Source: Bryobacterales bacterium
GTDB taxonomy: Bacteria > Acidobacteriota > Terriglobia > Bryobacterales > UBA6623
Length of the DNA: 64,000 nt
Direction: 5' to 3'
Assembly (NCBI GenBank): GCA_965248255.1
Contig: CBDFIW010000004.1
Location: 578,083 to 642,082, forward strand
The notes under the pieces are model-generated. The model searched no databases, had not been told where the DNA came from, and worked only from the letters and a program-made list of their open reading frames with translations. Position numbers and translations under genes: made by a program. Every line of letters begins with the position of its first letter. Positions within the stretch are counted from its first letter, which is position 1. Shown here in pieces: positions 18,198 through 28,719 of the stretch.

Positions 18198-19469
18198 CTA
18201 GTGGTCTGCAATGCCCCCATCGGGGAACCGAAGCTGCTGGCGGATGTGGGGCGTGTAAGGCCGCTTCGCCGCCACCGCTTCGTCGAAACCGACGCCGAGG
18301 CCGGGCTTGTCAGGCGGAAGAGCGAAACCCTGTTCGTAGGTTGGCCTCCCACCTTGGAACAGGTCGTCCCAGAAGGGGTCCTGCCCGCGATGACTGATTT
18401 CCTGGATCGCGAAACTGGGCGTCGAGAAGTCAGCGTGCAGTGAGGCCATCGTGCTGACGTTGCTCTGCGGGTTGTGCGGTGCTAGCTCAATCCGATGCGC
18501 CTCGCCAATGAGACCGATCTTCTTCAACTCCGAGATCCCGCCGCAATGGACGACGTCGGGCTGCAGGAAGTCCACCAGATGCCGCTCGCAAATCTCACTG
18601 AAGCCCCACTTCGTGAACAACCGCTCCCCTGTCGCCAGAGGGATGGTCGTCTTGCTACGAAGGTACGCCAGCTCATCGATGTCCTCGATCTGGGTTGCCT
18701 CCTCGACAAAGTAGGGCGCGTACTCCTCAGCGCGCGTGCAGAAGTCGACCGCCATAGTCGGTGCTGCTTTGCCGTGGACGTCGATGCAGATGCGGAAGTC
18801 ATCACCGACCGCTTCCCGCACCGCTTTGAGATTGGCTATGCCTTCGCGCACCGAGCCCACCCGCTCGATCACGTCGTTGTGCGTCGTGACAAAGCCGCCC
18901 TTGCAAGCCGTCCAACCGTCCTGCTTCACCTGGAGCCAGTTCTGGGCGTACTCCTCGGGCGAGCGTCCGCCGGCGTGGACGTACATCTGCACGCGCTCGC
19001 GGGCCTTGCCGCCGAGCAACATCCAGATCGGCTGGCCCAGCGCCTGTCCGAGAATGTCCCACAACGCGATCTCGACGGCGCTTACGGCCGAGTTGAGAAT
19101 CGGACCGCCACGCCAGCGCGCCCATCGGAACATCGCTTGCCAGTGCATCTCAATGTCGGTGGGATCGCGGCCGACCAGATAGCGTTTGTGCTCCCCGACG
19201 GCTGCGGCCATCGTCTTGGCCTTGCTGGTAACGGAGCCTTCGCCCGTGCCGACGATGCCCTGGTTCGTGAAGATCCTCACGAAGACGTAGTTGGAGCTGT
19301 TCGGCTTGCCGCTGCGGCTCACGATGTAGGTCTTGAGATCCGTGACCTTCAAATTGAGCGGCTTGGCCTTGGCGCTCGCTTGCGCCAGCAGTCCCTCCGG
19401 GCCGCTGAAGGCCGCTAAGCTTGCACTCGCTGCCGCGGCAGCCGTTTGCAGGAAATCACGTCGTGTCAT
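18198..19469 (-). CDS. Tat-exported mandelate racemase/muconate lactonizing enzyme family protein (galactonate dehydratase-like)
   Basis: TRRDFL Tat motif; SAVEIALWDILG, IDVHG, EE, ATGERL, QPDVVHCGGI and APHNP. Confidence 0.88.
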   Translation of the reverse strand: MTRRDFLQTAAAAASASLAAFSGPEGLLAQASAKAKPLNLKVTDLKTYIVSRSGKPNSSNYVFVRIFTNQGIVGTGEGSVTSKAKTMAAAVGEHKRYLVGRDPTDIEMHWQAMFRWARWRGGPILNSAVSAVEIALWDILGQALGQPIWMLLGGKARERVQMYVHAGGRSPEEYAQNWLQVKQDGWTACKGGFVTTHNDVIERVGSVREGIANLKAVREAVGDDFRICIDVHGKAAPTMAVDFCTRAEEYAPYFVEEATQIEDIDELAYLRSKTTIPLATGERLFTKWGFSEICERHLVDFLQPDVVHCGGISELKKIGLIGEAHRIELAPHNPQSNVSTMASLHADFSTPSFAIQEISHRGQDPFWDDLFQGGRPTYEQGFALPPDKPGLGVGFDEAVAAKRPYTPHIRQQLRFPDGGIADH

Positions 19470-19539
19470 GGTTATGCTCCAGGAAGGTTAACGACAAGCA
19501 CTCACGCTTGTCGGACGGCTTGCAGTGCGCGGCTGGGCC

Positions 19540-19690
19540 AACACCGGCGGTAACAGCCTTGGCTGCCAGCCACCAAGCAAGGCCGGCAACGATCAGCACA
19601 GCTCCAACCAGCGTCTGAAACCCAATCGTCTCGCCCAGAAGAGTGTACTCGATCAGCGTACCGACCATCGGTGAAAAAAATGGCTCAGCG
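19540..19690 (-). pseudogene. C-terminal fragment of an EamA/DMT-type transporter
   Basis: FFSPMVGTLIEYTLLGETIGFQTLVGAVLIVAGL resembles the EamA C-terminus. There is no N-terminal part. Confidence 0.5.
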
Positions 19691-19885
19691 CCAGTGCGAT
19701 GCGGGATGCTCTCCAAGAGGCAGTCGCGGACCCACGGTTCCACCTGACGGCCGCTTCGCGGCTGCCGCACCGGACCCTCGCTAGAAACGCACACTGCCGC
19801 GTCTGCGTGCGGCACAAGAGCCGAGCAGGGCTCGGCTCGGCACGCCACGGGCGTGCGCCACGTACGGAGCGGCCCTTATCTCGGG

Positions 19886-20000
19886 GACCCAAGGTTCCGC
19901 CCGACGGCTCCACCGTTGGCTATGATCCTTCCGTTCCGCTTCGCGGACTCGGGTCCTGTGCGGTTTGGCAGACCGAGGTCGGAGTGATGTTTGTCGTCAG
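19886..20000 (-). repeat. ~115-bp dispersed REP-containing repeat (other copy 53543-53657, + strand)
   Basis: Shared ...ctcactcYgacctcggtct...ccgagtccgcgaagcgga..ggaaggat.atagcc.acggtggagccgtc.ggcggaacc.tgggtc. Confidence 0.8.
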
Positions 20001-20124
20001 GCCGGTGCGGTCACCCCATCGTGGTCGGGAGCGCCAGGTGGGCGAGACATGGCGCCGAGACGCTAACTGGGACAAGTCAGCAGCATGCCGCTCCCCGGGG
20101 TAACAGATCGCTCCTTGGCCGGCG

Positions 20125-20583
20125 CTAGGAATCTAGGCGTCGTTTGCCCGCCACGCGCCCAAGCAACCAGACCAGCGCAACAGTCAGGAGGCAACCGACG
20201 CTTTGATACATGGGCAGCACGACGAAGATCAGCCCTCCGTAAGTGAGAGGCCGCGAATAGATCACGGTCACAATCTGCCAGACCCCAAAAGCTATGACAG
20301 CACACGAACCCAGCAGCACAACGATTGCCTGCCCACGGCTTTCCGTCCTCAGCCGGGTCACGACCGCAAGAAGCCCGTACGGCAGCAGATCCCACAAAGC
20401 CACGAGCACAAACGCGAACCACTGGCTCAAGCTGCGGCTGGAATTCCACCCCGAGTAGACGAGCGATACGAGCGTGAAAAGAGCGGCGCTGACGAGGAGT
20501 ATGAGCGTGGCCCTACTCAGTTGCTGCACAACCCGGTCGCTCGGCATCGCTCCCAGCGTAACGGAAGGCGAACGCAGGCGCAC
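20125..20583 (-). CDS. Hypothetical membrane protein
   Basis: 152 aa with about four hydrophobic segments. Confidence 0.6.
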   Translation of the reverse strand: MRLRSPSVTLGAMPSDRVVQQLSRATLILLVSAALFTLVSLVYSGWNSSRSLSQWFAFVLVALWDLLPYGLLAVVTRLRTESRGQAIVVLLGSCAVIAFGVWQIVTVIYSRPLTYGGLIFVVLPMYQSVGCLLTVALVWLLGRVAGKRRLDS

Positions 20584-23020
20584 GACATGCTCTGCCCGCG
20601 CCGGCGGCCGTCTTGTTGCTTCGCAGCCTGGGGTCGGCTATCCTGTCCGTGCCAGAACGGCCAAAAAGGAAATCCTGGTTCAGGGGAAGCCGCAGTTACC
20701 GGCTTCCAAGGGATACCGCCGTGAAACACCTTTACCTCAGAACGATCCCTCTAACATTTGCCTGTCTGCTTGCGTCGGCACAAGTTCGGACACCTGTTGA
20801 CAAAGGCGAACCCTCGCAAGAGCAAGTTCAGAAGGCTGCTGAAAAGCAGTCGGCTTCCGATTTCGACATCCGGCACCGACAGCGGGCTAACACCTCACCG
20901 GACGCAGGGGGGTCGAAGGCCCCGGATCGGACGCTGATCCGGCAGCGGAAGGCGAAAGTAGAAGCCTACCGTGCGTCGTCAGCGGCTGACGGCGGAAGGG
21001 GCCTCCGACTGAGTATCAATTTGTTTGGGTTCCCGAAATCGCTGTCCAATGCGGCTGAACCGCTCAGCCCCCCTCGACGGACGATCCGGTCGAGGTCGCC
21101 AAGGGTTTTCTTCGAACCCGCGAGGACCTGTTCGGGTTGAGCGACGGAGACCTCGAAGGCCTCAGGCTTGTCGGCAAAGACGCTTCTTCGAGCGGCCTCG
21201 TATTCCTTCATTTCACTCAATCGGTAGGCGGCATCGATGTCTACCAAGGCCACGTGAAGGTCACTTTGAACGCGGTGGGCCAGGTGATCCAAGCCGGCGT
21301 GGGAGATATCATTCCACGACTACAGTTGACTACCAAGCCGGTATTGTCCGCACAGGACGCGGTTCTGGCGGCGTTCAAGCTCCTGGGGCTCGACCCGCCC
21401 TCCGAGCTGGACCCCCTGCCTTCCCCTCAGGCTCGGCACACCTACTTTCGCAACCCCGCCGGTGATCAATACAACCCGATCCGGGTGGAGCTATCGATTC
21501 TTCCCCTGACGGTATCGTCGGTGCGGCTCGCCTACAGACTCTTTCTGGAGGTGGGGGGAGCACAATCCTACGAGATATTGGTCGACGCCCAAGATGGCCG
21601 GCTGCTGGTTCGCCACAGTCTGACCGACTCAGTGGGTCAGGCTCGCGTTTGGAGAAAGTCTCCGGTCGCCGGCGGTCGTGAACTGGTCGATTTCCCTGAC
21701 GGTTGGCTCCCCGCCGCCGGCACGGTGACGACCGGCAACAATGTCGACGCCTACCTCGACACGGATGGCGATGACGTGCCCGATTCGGAGGTGCTCCCCA
21801 ATATTGAGAGCGGACGGGCGAGGAGTGCTGCCCAGTTATTCGACTTCCCGGCCGCTGAGGGCAACATCGGGGCCAATCCCAGAAACTTCAAGCCCGCCGC
21901 GGTGACGAACTTGTTCTACCTGGCCAATGAGGGTCGCGATTACTTCTATGGCCTGGGGTTTACCGAGACAGCGGGCAACTTTCAGACCGACAACTTGGGA
22001 CTCGGGGGCGAAGAGAATGACGCCGTCCTGGCAGAGTCACAGGATGGGATCAACGGCGCCTCTTTCCGCACCGCCCCTGACGGACTGCCGGGCCGCATGC
22101 GGATGGGGATTTTCACGCGAGGTACGGAGACAGAAAACGACGATCTCGACACCTCTTACGACGCCCAGGTCGTGATTCACGAATACGGGCATGGTGTGAC
22201 GACCCGGATCGTAGGCGGCCCCGACGAGGTGAGCTGTCTTCGAGGGACTCAGTCTCGAGGGCTGGGCGAGGGCTGGTCCGATTACTTCTCTAACGGCTAT
22301 ACCGATGACCCGGTTCAGGGTGCTTATCCCTCAGGAAATAACGAACGCGGAATTCGAAGGCAAAGCTACGAAGGGTATACCTTCACCTACGAAGATCTTG
22401 GGAATGACGGCTTCGACGCCCCGCAGGATGAAGGGGAAATCTGGGCCGCCACGCTGTGGGACCTGCGAAATGAGCTCGGACAGGGCGCGATCGACCAGCT
22501 CGCCCTGGATGGTGTCAAACTGACCCCCTGTAATCCCACCTTTATCGATGCGCGGGACGCGATCCTAACTGCGCAGCAGGCGACAAAAGGCGCCCCGACG
22601 CGCGCCACACTATGGGAAAGTTTTGCCCGCCATGGCCTAGGACACTCGGCGAGCGGCTTCGATGGCACTCTGTTCGAGGGCACAGTCTACAACGCCGCAT
22701 TCGACCTGCCTCCGGACCTTCAGCCGGGCAACCAGAATCCAGTGATCACCAGCCGTCCCTCTCCGGTGCCGGGCGTGGGCGATGCCTATGTTTACGAGAT
22801 TGAAGCGATGGATCCGGATGGCGACACCCTCAATTACGAACTGACCGAAGGGCCGGACGGGATGACCGTTGACCCCGCCAGCGGCCTGGCTCAGTGGACG
22901 GCGACTTTCACTGAGCAGCGGGTCAAGGTCAACGTCACCGATGGAAACGGCGGCAGGGTCATCCACGGCTTCCGTATTCCCACGCTGACTCGGTTGACGC
23001 CCGGGCAGGCGGTGACGATC

Positions 23021-23045
23021 GGGGGGGGGGGGGGGGGGGGGGGGG
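23021..23045 (+). repeat. Poly-G tract of 25 nt inside the M36 gene
   Basis: Counted directly. 25 is 1 mod 3, so the downstream PPC domains are out of frame. Confidence 0.9.
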
Positions 23046-23839
23046 CTGGAAGGGTCCCTTGGACCAGCAGAGTTCGAAGTTCCGGCAGGGACGCTTGTTG
23101 TTCAAGTAAAACTTCGGAGCGGTACCGGGGATCCGGATTTTGTGCTGGCGGGCCCCGACGGGGGGCTGAGAGTGTCACTGGGCGCGGGCACGTCTCAGAC
23201 TTTCTCGGTCTCCTCGCCTCAACCCGGGCTATGGGCGATTGTGGTCATCGCTGCAAGCACCTACGCTGACGTATCGCTGGAGGCATCCTTTCCCGTTCCC
23301 ACCCTGATCGACCCGAACGGCGAGTGGACGGATCTCTCGGGCGAGAAAACGAGTGAGACGTTTTATCGCGTGACCGTGCCGCCTGGAGCTGCCTCGTTCA
23401 TGGTCTCGACCGACGGCGGGACGGGAGACGTGGATCTCTACGTGAACAGAAACCAGGTGGCTGTGTGCTCTGGATTCGGCGCATTGCTATTCGGCCAATG
23501 TGTCTTCGAGGAATTCTCGTTCGAGCTCGGCAATGCAGATTCGATCGAGATCGACAACCCGGAGCCCGGGGACTGGTTTGGAGTGGACCCCTGTGGCGAG
23601 GCCAAGAAAGTAGGGACGGGTCGCGGTTGACTGAAAAAGGATAGCGAATCCAGCCCAATGGGGGCATGATCAACTCATCCGGGGAAGCGGAGGCGGGCTC
23701 TGCTGGAGAGCAACCCACCAAGGAATACCCGGCCGCAGACTCATCGCAACGATGAGGGCGGGGTGCTCGCCTACTGAGGCCGCATCCCGCCTTGTGCTGC
23801 GCCATCGGATCGATAGATCTGCTCATGCCTTAAGAAAAC

Positions 23840-24670
23840 TCAGGCGGCGTTAGCCGCCTCTTCCCACAGCCGCTCATACTCTTGCGGCGGCCGATAGCCC
23901 AGCGCCGAATGCAATCGCGTACGATTGTATTCCCGCTCAATATAAGCGCCGATCTCGGCCTGCGCCTGGGCCAAACTTTCATACTCGCTGCAGTCGACTT
24001 CCTCGCTTTTCAAAGTCTTGAAAAAGCTTTCCACGTACGCGTTGTCCTGCGGGCAGCCCTTGCGGCTCATCGATATCCTCGCGCCCGCTTGCCGCAGGGT
24101 GGCTACATAAGCTTCCGCGGCGTACTGCGAACCTTGATCGGAATGATGAATCCAGCCCGGCGCCGGACGCCGGCTGCTCAACGCTTGTTGCAGCGCCGCC
24201 AGCGGCAATTCGGTTTTCAGGTTCGGACCCACGGCCCAGCCCACCACGCGCCGCGAATACACGTCCAACACCACCGCCACATAGACGAAGTGGTTTCCCA
24301 ATCGTACGTAGCTGAGATCGGAGCCCCACAGTTTGTTGGGACCCGTGGGTTGGAAATCGCGCGTCAGGTTTTCATAACGCCGCAGCGAGTGCTTCGAATC
24401 GGTCGTTCGCGGAACGGTGCGGCGACGTCGCCGCAAGAGCTTCTCTTCGCGCATCACCCGTTGCACGCGCTTGCGATTGACCAGCAGCTTTTGACGGCGC
24501 AGCTGTTGGGTCGTCCGCCGGGTGCCGTAGGCCGGATGGTCCAAGGCGGCGTGGACAATGGCCTGCCGCAGTTCCCCGACCTGCTCGCTGTCGGGTTTGG
24601 CCTGGCGGTAGAGGCTGGCTCGCGCCAGTCCGCTCAAGCGGCACAAATCGCGCGTGCTCAGCGTGCTCAT
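23840..24670 (-). CDS. IS3-family OrfB (DDE integrase core)
   Basis: WGSDLSY, HHSDQGSQY and ESFFKTLKSE. ATGA overlap with orfA. Confidence 0.93.
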   Translation of the reverse strand: MSTLSTRDLCRLSGLARASLYRQAKPDSEQVGELRQAIVHAALDHPAYGTRRTTQQLRRQKLLVNRKRVQRVMREEKLLRRRRRTVPRTTDSKHSLRRYENLTRDFQPTGPNKLWGSDLSYVRLGNHFVYVAVVLDVYSRRVVGWAVGPNLKTELPLAALQQALSSRRPAPGWIHHSDQGSQYAAEAYVATLRQAGARISMSRKGCPQDNAYVESFFKTLKSEEVDCSEYESLAQAQAEIGAYIEREYNRTRLHSALGYRPPQEYERLWEEAANAA

Positions 24671-25053
24671 GTTGCCTTGCCGCCTTGCGGCCCGTACTTC
24701 CTCAGCGACGCGCCGGTTCCACTGACGATGCTCGGCCGGCGCAGATCCTCGACACGCCGCAAGGCTGCGGACAAAAAATCAATCTCCATGGCCTGGCGGC
24801 CGACTTTGCGTTCCAGCTCCGCGAGGCGGGCCTGGGCTTCGTGGCCGGGCTCGACACGGGCGCTGCCGCCGGGACGCCGCCCCGCGCCGGGAAAGGCTCC
24901 CTCGACGCCGTAGCGCTCGACTTGTGCCAGCCAGTCGTAGAGCTTTTCGCGCTTCACCTCCAGCTCGCGCGCGAGAGCCGAGCCGGACTCGCCGGCTTCG
25001 AGCCGCCGGACGGCCGCCAGCTTGAACTCCTTCGTGAATCGTCTTCGAGACAA
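24667..25053 (-). CDS. IS3-family OrfA (HTH_Tnp_1)
   Basis: RRFTKEFKLAAV...LYDW...LERKVGRQAMEIDFL. Confidence 0.92.
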   Translation of the reverse strand: MSRRRFTKEFKLAAVRRLEAGESGSALARELEVKREKLYDWLAQVERYGVEGAFPGAGRRPGGSARVEPGHEAQARLAELERKVGRQAMEIDFLSAALRRVEDLRRPSIVSGTGASLRKYGPQGGKAT

Positions 25054-26089
25054 TCGAACCTCCTTACCGTTCCCTGGTTCATTGTCCCTTCTCTACTGGT
25101 CTCGCTTTTCGGGTCCATTCCAGGTTTATTGATCTCTTCGCGTTTGAGAGCTACTCGGGTGTCACGTTAACAACGGTTACGATGCTGGGGGACACCCGTA
25201 TCTTCGATGGCGGTGTCGGATTGGCGACTCAGACACCCCTGATCACCACCATCTCGCCCAATTCGATCATTACCGTGGCAGGGGAAAGCTTCGCGCCTGC
25301 GGGCACATCTGTTGTGAGTCCCGAGTTGGATGAGGAGGGACGCGTGTCCATGAACCTGGCCGACACTTGCCTGGAAATCAACGGAGACCGCTCACGGATG
25401 TTTGCCGTACTCAATCATCAAATCAACGCCCAAGCGTCAGAGATGTTGACGCCTGGCAACGGCGAAGTTGTGGTAGTTCGCGGCTGTGATACCGACGATG
25501 AGCAGCGGAGCGAACCGATGAGCGCGGTCGTGGAGGACGTTTCTCCTGGGTTCTTTAACTTCATCAACAACCTCGACGGAGTCAATCCGCTCGCCGCGCT
25601 GCACGGGGACGGGACGGGCCTGGTGGGCGAGCCGGGCTTGATCCCGGGTGCCGAGTTTACCGAGGCCGAACCCGATGAGTTGGTCAGCTTCTTCGGGACT
25701 GGGTTTGGCGAGACCGAGCCACCGCTTGCCGCCGGCGAGATTCCGAGTGAAGTGCTGCCGGAGTCAAACGGCCAGGCGCCTCTGGTCAACGAGGTGACCT
25801 TCACCATCGACGGCGTTCCCGTTCCTCCCGGGGATCTGCTCTACGCCGGAGCAGCTCCGTGTTGCGCCGGGCTGCAGCAGTTCGTGGTGAAGATTGACAG
25901 CAACGCGAGAGACGGGAATCTTCCCGTTCGAGCGACGGTGAACGGAGTCTCGACTCCGGAGGGTCCCTATGTGACGGCGAAGCGGCGCTGAGGCGATGAC
26001 TCAGTAAGGCCCGCTCAGGCCTCGCCGGCGGCTTGTCGGCAACCTTCTCCCGCACGGCACGCCCTGGCCTGCCGCTACACCCCTACAGT

Positions 26090-27610
26090 TCACTCGCCCC
26101 CCGCCCGCATGTCGTAACACAGCAGCCGCGGCGAACTCCCGTCCAGCGTCCCGCGAGTGTTCTGACTCACGTAGAGCAACCCGCGGCTCAAGACCGGCAG
26201 CGCCCAAGTCTCTCGTGCCTTGAAGAGCGAAGCCCGTGACAGCATCTTCCAGCCTTCGGGCGTGAGGTCGAGCCAGAGCAAGTGGCCGTGTTCGCCGAGC
26301 GCCAGAAACCGTCCATCCACAAGCAAGAGCGAGCCGCGGAAGGTGCTCTCGACGATCTCGCGTGTCTGCCCCCGGAGCTCGAACGTCTCCTTCCACTCGA
26401 GGACCGTGCGCCACATCTCTTTGCCGTTCTTGAGGTTCACGCAGGCCAGCGCGGCGTCCGGCTCGTTGCGGCCAGGGAAGGCGTAAAGATATCCGTCACG
26501 ATGCACGGCAGTGTTCCAGTGCAGATCGAACATCTGGTTCGCCCAGACGACTTCGCGGCCGCCGCCCGGCAGAATGTCGAGCATCACCGCGCCGGTCTTA
26601 TACGAGGCCGAAATGAATACCTGGTTGCCCACGATCGTAGGCGTCGACGCATTCACCGACTCGAAGCTCTTGCTGCGCCATGGGAAGGTCCAGTCTACTT
26701 TGCCGGTGGCCGGATCGATCACCAACAGCCCTCCCGTTGGCGGACGGCTCTCCCCACCCGCGAACACGAACACCCGCCGCTTGCCGTGCACCGTCGCGGG
26801 CACGGGCGAACCGTAGCCTGGGCCCCACTCGGTTCCCGCGCCCCACACCATCTTGCCGGTGCGGCTATCGAAGGCCGCGACCGTCGGCCCGCCGGGCGCG
26901 CCGACGTTGACGATCAGCAGACCGTCCTCGACCAGCGGCGTGCCGGAGTTTCCGAAAAAGTCCTGCCGAACCTTGAACTCAGCCGCGATATCGCGCCTCC
27001 ATAGCAACTCGCCCGTCTCGAGATTCAGGCAATGCAACTGCGTCAGCGCGCCGTAGATGTAGACGCGGTCGCCGTCAATCACCGGGCTGGCCCGCGGACC
27101 GTTGTTGTAGCCATAGCGGTCGCGGAAGTCCGTCGAGTATTCAAACTGCCAATACAGCTCGCCGGTTTCCGGATGAAGACACTCCACGCGTTCCACATCG
27201 CCGACCCGGTGTAGGTACACCAAGCGGTCCCCCGCGATTGCGGGCGACGTGTAGCTCGTCCCCTTCTTCAGTTCCCAAACCAGGGGCGGACCGTCGTCGG
27301 GCAAGTCTTTCAGCAGTTTCGTCTCGGTCGAGATCGGGGTGTGCTCAGGGCCCAGAAACGACGTCCAGTCGTGAGTGACCGCGCCTTCAGGCAGTGGTTT
27401 GGGCTTGGAATGAAACGTAACGTCCGGATGCGGTTTCGCTTCCGCAGCCTGCTTGCCCGAGAGCGCATGCGTTTCGGGAGGAGCGGGGTCTTGAAACCGC
27501 CGACCCTCAGCCTTCTGATCCGCCGCCAACGACCGGCCGTTGCCGCACGAACCGGCCGCCAGCGGCACAACAAGGACCACAAGAACGGCAGTCAATCGCT
27601 GAACCGTCAT
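26090..27610 (-). CDS. PQQ-like beta-propeller (BamB-like) lipoprotein
   Basis: Signal with LAAGSC; repeated beta-propeller motifs (CLHPETGELYW, CLNLETGELLW, AFDSRTGKMVW). Confidence 0.85.
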   Translation of the reverse strand: MTVQRLTAVLVVLVVPLAAGSCGNGRSLAADQKAEGRRFQDPAPPETHALSGKQAAEAKPHPDVTFHSKPKPLPEGAVTHDWTSFLGPEHTPISTETKLLKDLPDDGPPLVWELKKGTSYTSPAIAGDRLVYLHRVGDVERVECLHPETGELYWQFEYSTDFRDRYGYNNGPRASPVIDGDRVYIYGALTQLHCLNLETGELLWRRDIAAEFKVRQDFFGNSGTPLVEDGLLIVNVGAPGGPTVAAFDSRTGKMVWGAGTEWGPGYGSPVPATVHGKRRVFVFAGGESRPPTGGLLVIDPATGKVDWTFPWRSKSFESVNASTPTIVGNQVFISASYKTGAVMLDILPGGGREVVWANQMFDLHWNTAVHRDGYLYAFPGRNEPDAALACVNLKNGKEMWRTVLEWKETFELRGQTREIVESTFRGSLLLVDGRFLALGEHGHLLWLDLTPEGWKMLSRASLFKARETWALPVLSRGLLYVSQNTRGTLDGSSPRLLCYDMRAGGE

Positions 27611-27744
27611 ACGAGTGGAATCGTTACCGAGTTCGCGATTCTCTCACATGGAGAACGGCGGGGCGTTTCCGGCTCGGGCTTCGATCCGGGGGGCGTGAGG
27701 CTCGCGAAAAGAACCGCCGGCAGCGCCGACGTGTCAATTACCAT
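27607..27744 (-). pseudogene. vapC: Truncated VapC (PIN) toxin remnant
   Basis: TGATG overlap with the vapB stop. Begins [12 protein letters not shown], the typical VapC N-terminus, then diverges; only 45 codons. Confidence 0.7.
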
Positions 27745-27998
27745 CAGCGAGGAAGCCCCTGCTCGTCATAGCCGAGAATCTCCTCTGGGCTCCGCTCGTC
27801 CAACACGGGCAAGGCCGCACAGCGCTTTCGGATGGCCCGCAATTGATCGCGGAGTCGGGGCGTGGCGACTCTGCCTCGCTCGCGCTGCAGGCGCTCGCGA
27901 AGAGCCTTGATGACGGTTTCGGTAAGGCTCTCACCTGTTTGCGAGGCTAAGTCGCGTGCCAAGCGGCCAGCCTCAGGGTGCTTGATGCCCAGGGCCAT
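27744..27998 (-). CDS. vapB: VapB antitoxin (Rv0623-like)
   Basis: [37 protein letters not shown]...[11 protein letters not shown] matches the family pattern. Confidence 0.88.
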   Translation of the reverse strand: MALGIKHPEAGRLARDLASQTGESLTETVIKALRERLQRERGRVATPRLRDQLRAIRKRCAALPVLDERSPEEILGYDEQGLPR

Positions 27999-28187
27999 AA
28001 TACTGCTTTCTATATAACTCGGATGCCTACAGAACACTCTACATCGAATCGTAAGCGAACGTGGATCAGCATCACCGGCCCTAATCCGGCCAATAAGGTC
28101 CAGCCCGTCACCCTGACATGTCGCCCCGTCCACGCCAGCTAGGGCTCCTCGTGTTCCGTCATCTCCTTCTGGGCAGGCGGCCTGTTA

Positions 28188-28225
28188 GGATCGAACAATC
28201 ATAGCCCGCGGATTCATCCGTGGGT
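28188..28225 (+). repeat. REP-like palindrome of the same family as 3664/3811
   Basis: tcgaacaatcatagcccgcggattcatccgtgggt. A related motif lies near 28325-28358, and cctacggacggatctgggtc at 28595-28614 matches the 4020-4039 terminus. Confidence 0.7.
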
Positions 28226-28719
28226 CTCGAATACGCCTACCCCTAGCTCGTTTCCCCCGTTGCACGGGCGCTCACGGCCCTGTCGCGGTGTCCTTGACCT
28301 ATCCTTACCGCAACACATCGTGAACAGTGGGCTATGTTCTCTGGCCCCTCCGGGGCCATAACGAGCACAGATCCACGCCCCTTCACACGCAAGATTTTCG
28401 TTCGGCAAATGTCCAAACTCCAGCGCGTGGACTCCCGTCCACGCCTCCGTAGCGCACGCCCCACATAGAGTGCCAAGCCGACGGTCCCGAGCCTTGCTGA
28501 TTCCGCGTCACCTGGCAGGTGCAAAGGCCGCAGGTCTCCTCGCACTCCCCTCCACGGGTTGGTCGGGGTTTTCACTACGTGAAGTGCCGCGGCCCCTACG
28601 GACGGATCTGGGTCACCGGGTTCAGTGTCGAAAACCGGTGCTGTTCGGACCGGCGCGGGTGTATACTGTGGCCGTGCCAGGGCCAAAATGGAAGTCCTGG
28701 TCAGGAGGGGGTACATAAC

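Larger units (their letters stand above)
23579..25122 (-). mobile_element. IS3-family insertion sequence, 1544 bp, with 4-bp TSD GGTT
   Basis: TG...CA ends; 26-bp imperfect IRs tggagtggacccctgtggcgaggcca / tggaatggacccgaaaagcgagacca; GGTT at 23575-23578 and 25123-25126. Confidence 0.93.
20721..25991 (+). pseudogene. Secreted M36 (fungalysin) metallopeptidase: FTP/PepSY propeptide, M36, Ig/cadherin-like, 2x PPC and TIGR03437-like C-terminal domain. Broken by two frameshifts and an IS3 insertion.
   Basis: HEYGH zinc motif, GLGEGWSD and GEIWAATLWD. Frameshifts at C6 (21068-21073) and G25 (23021-23045). Removing IS3 plus one GGTT restores GDWFIDLFAFESYSG in frame with 25182-25991. Confidence 0.9.
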
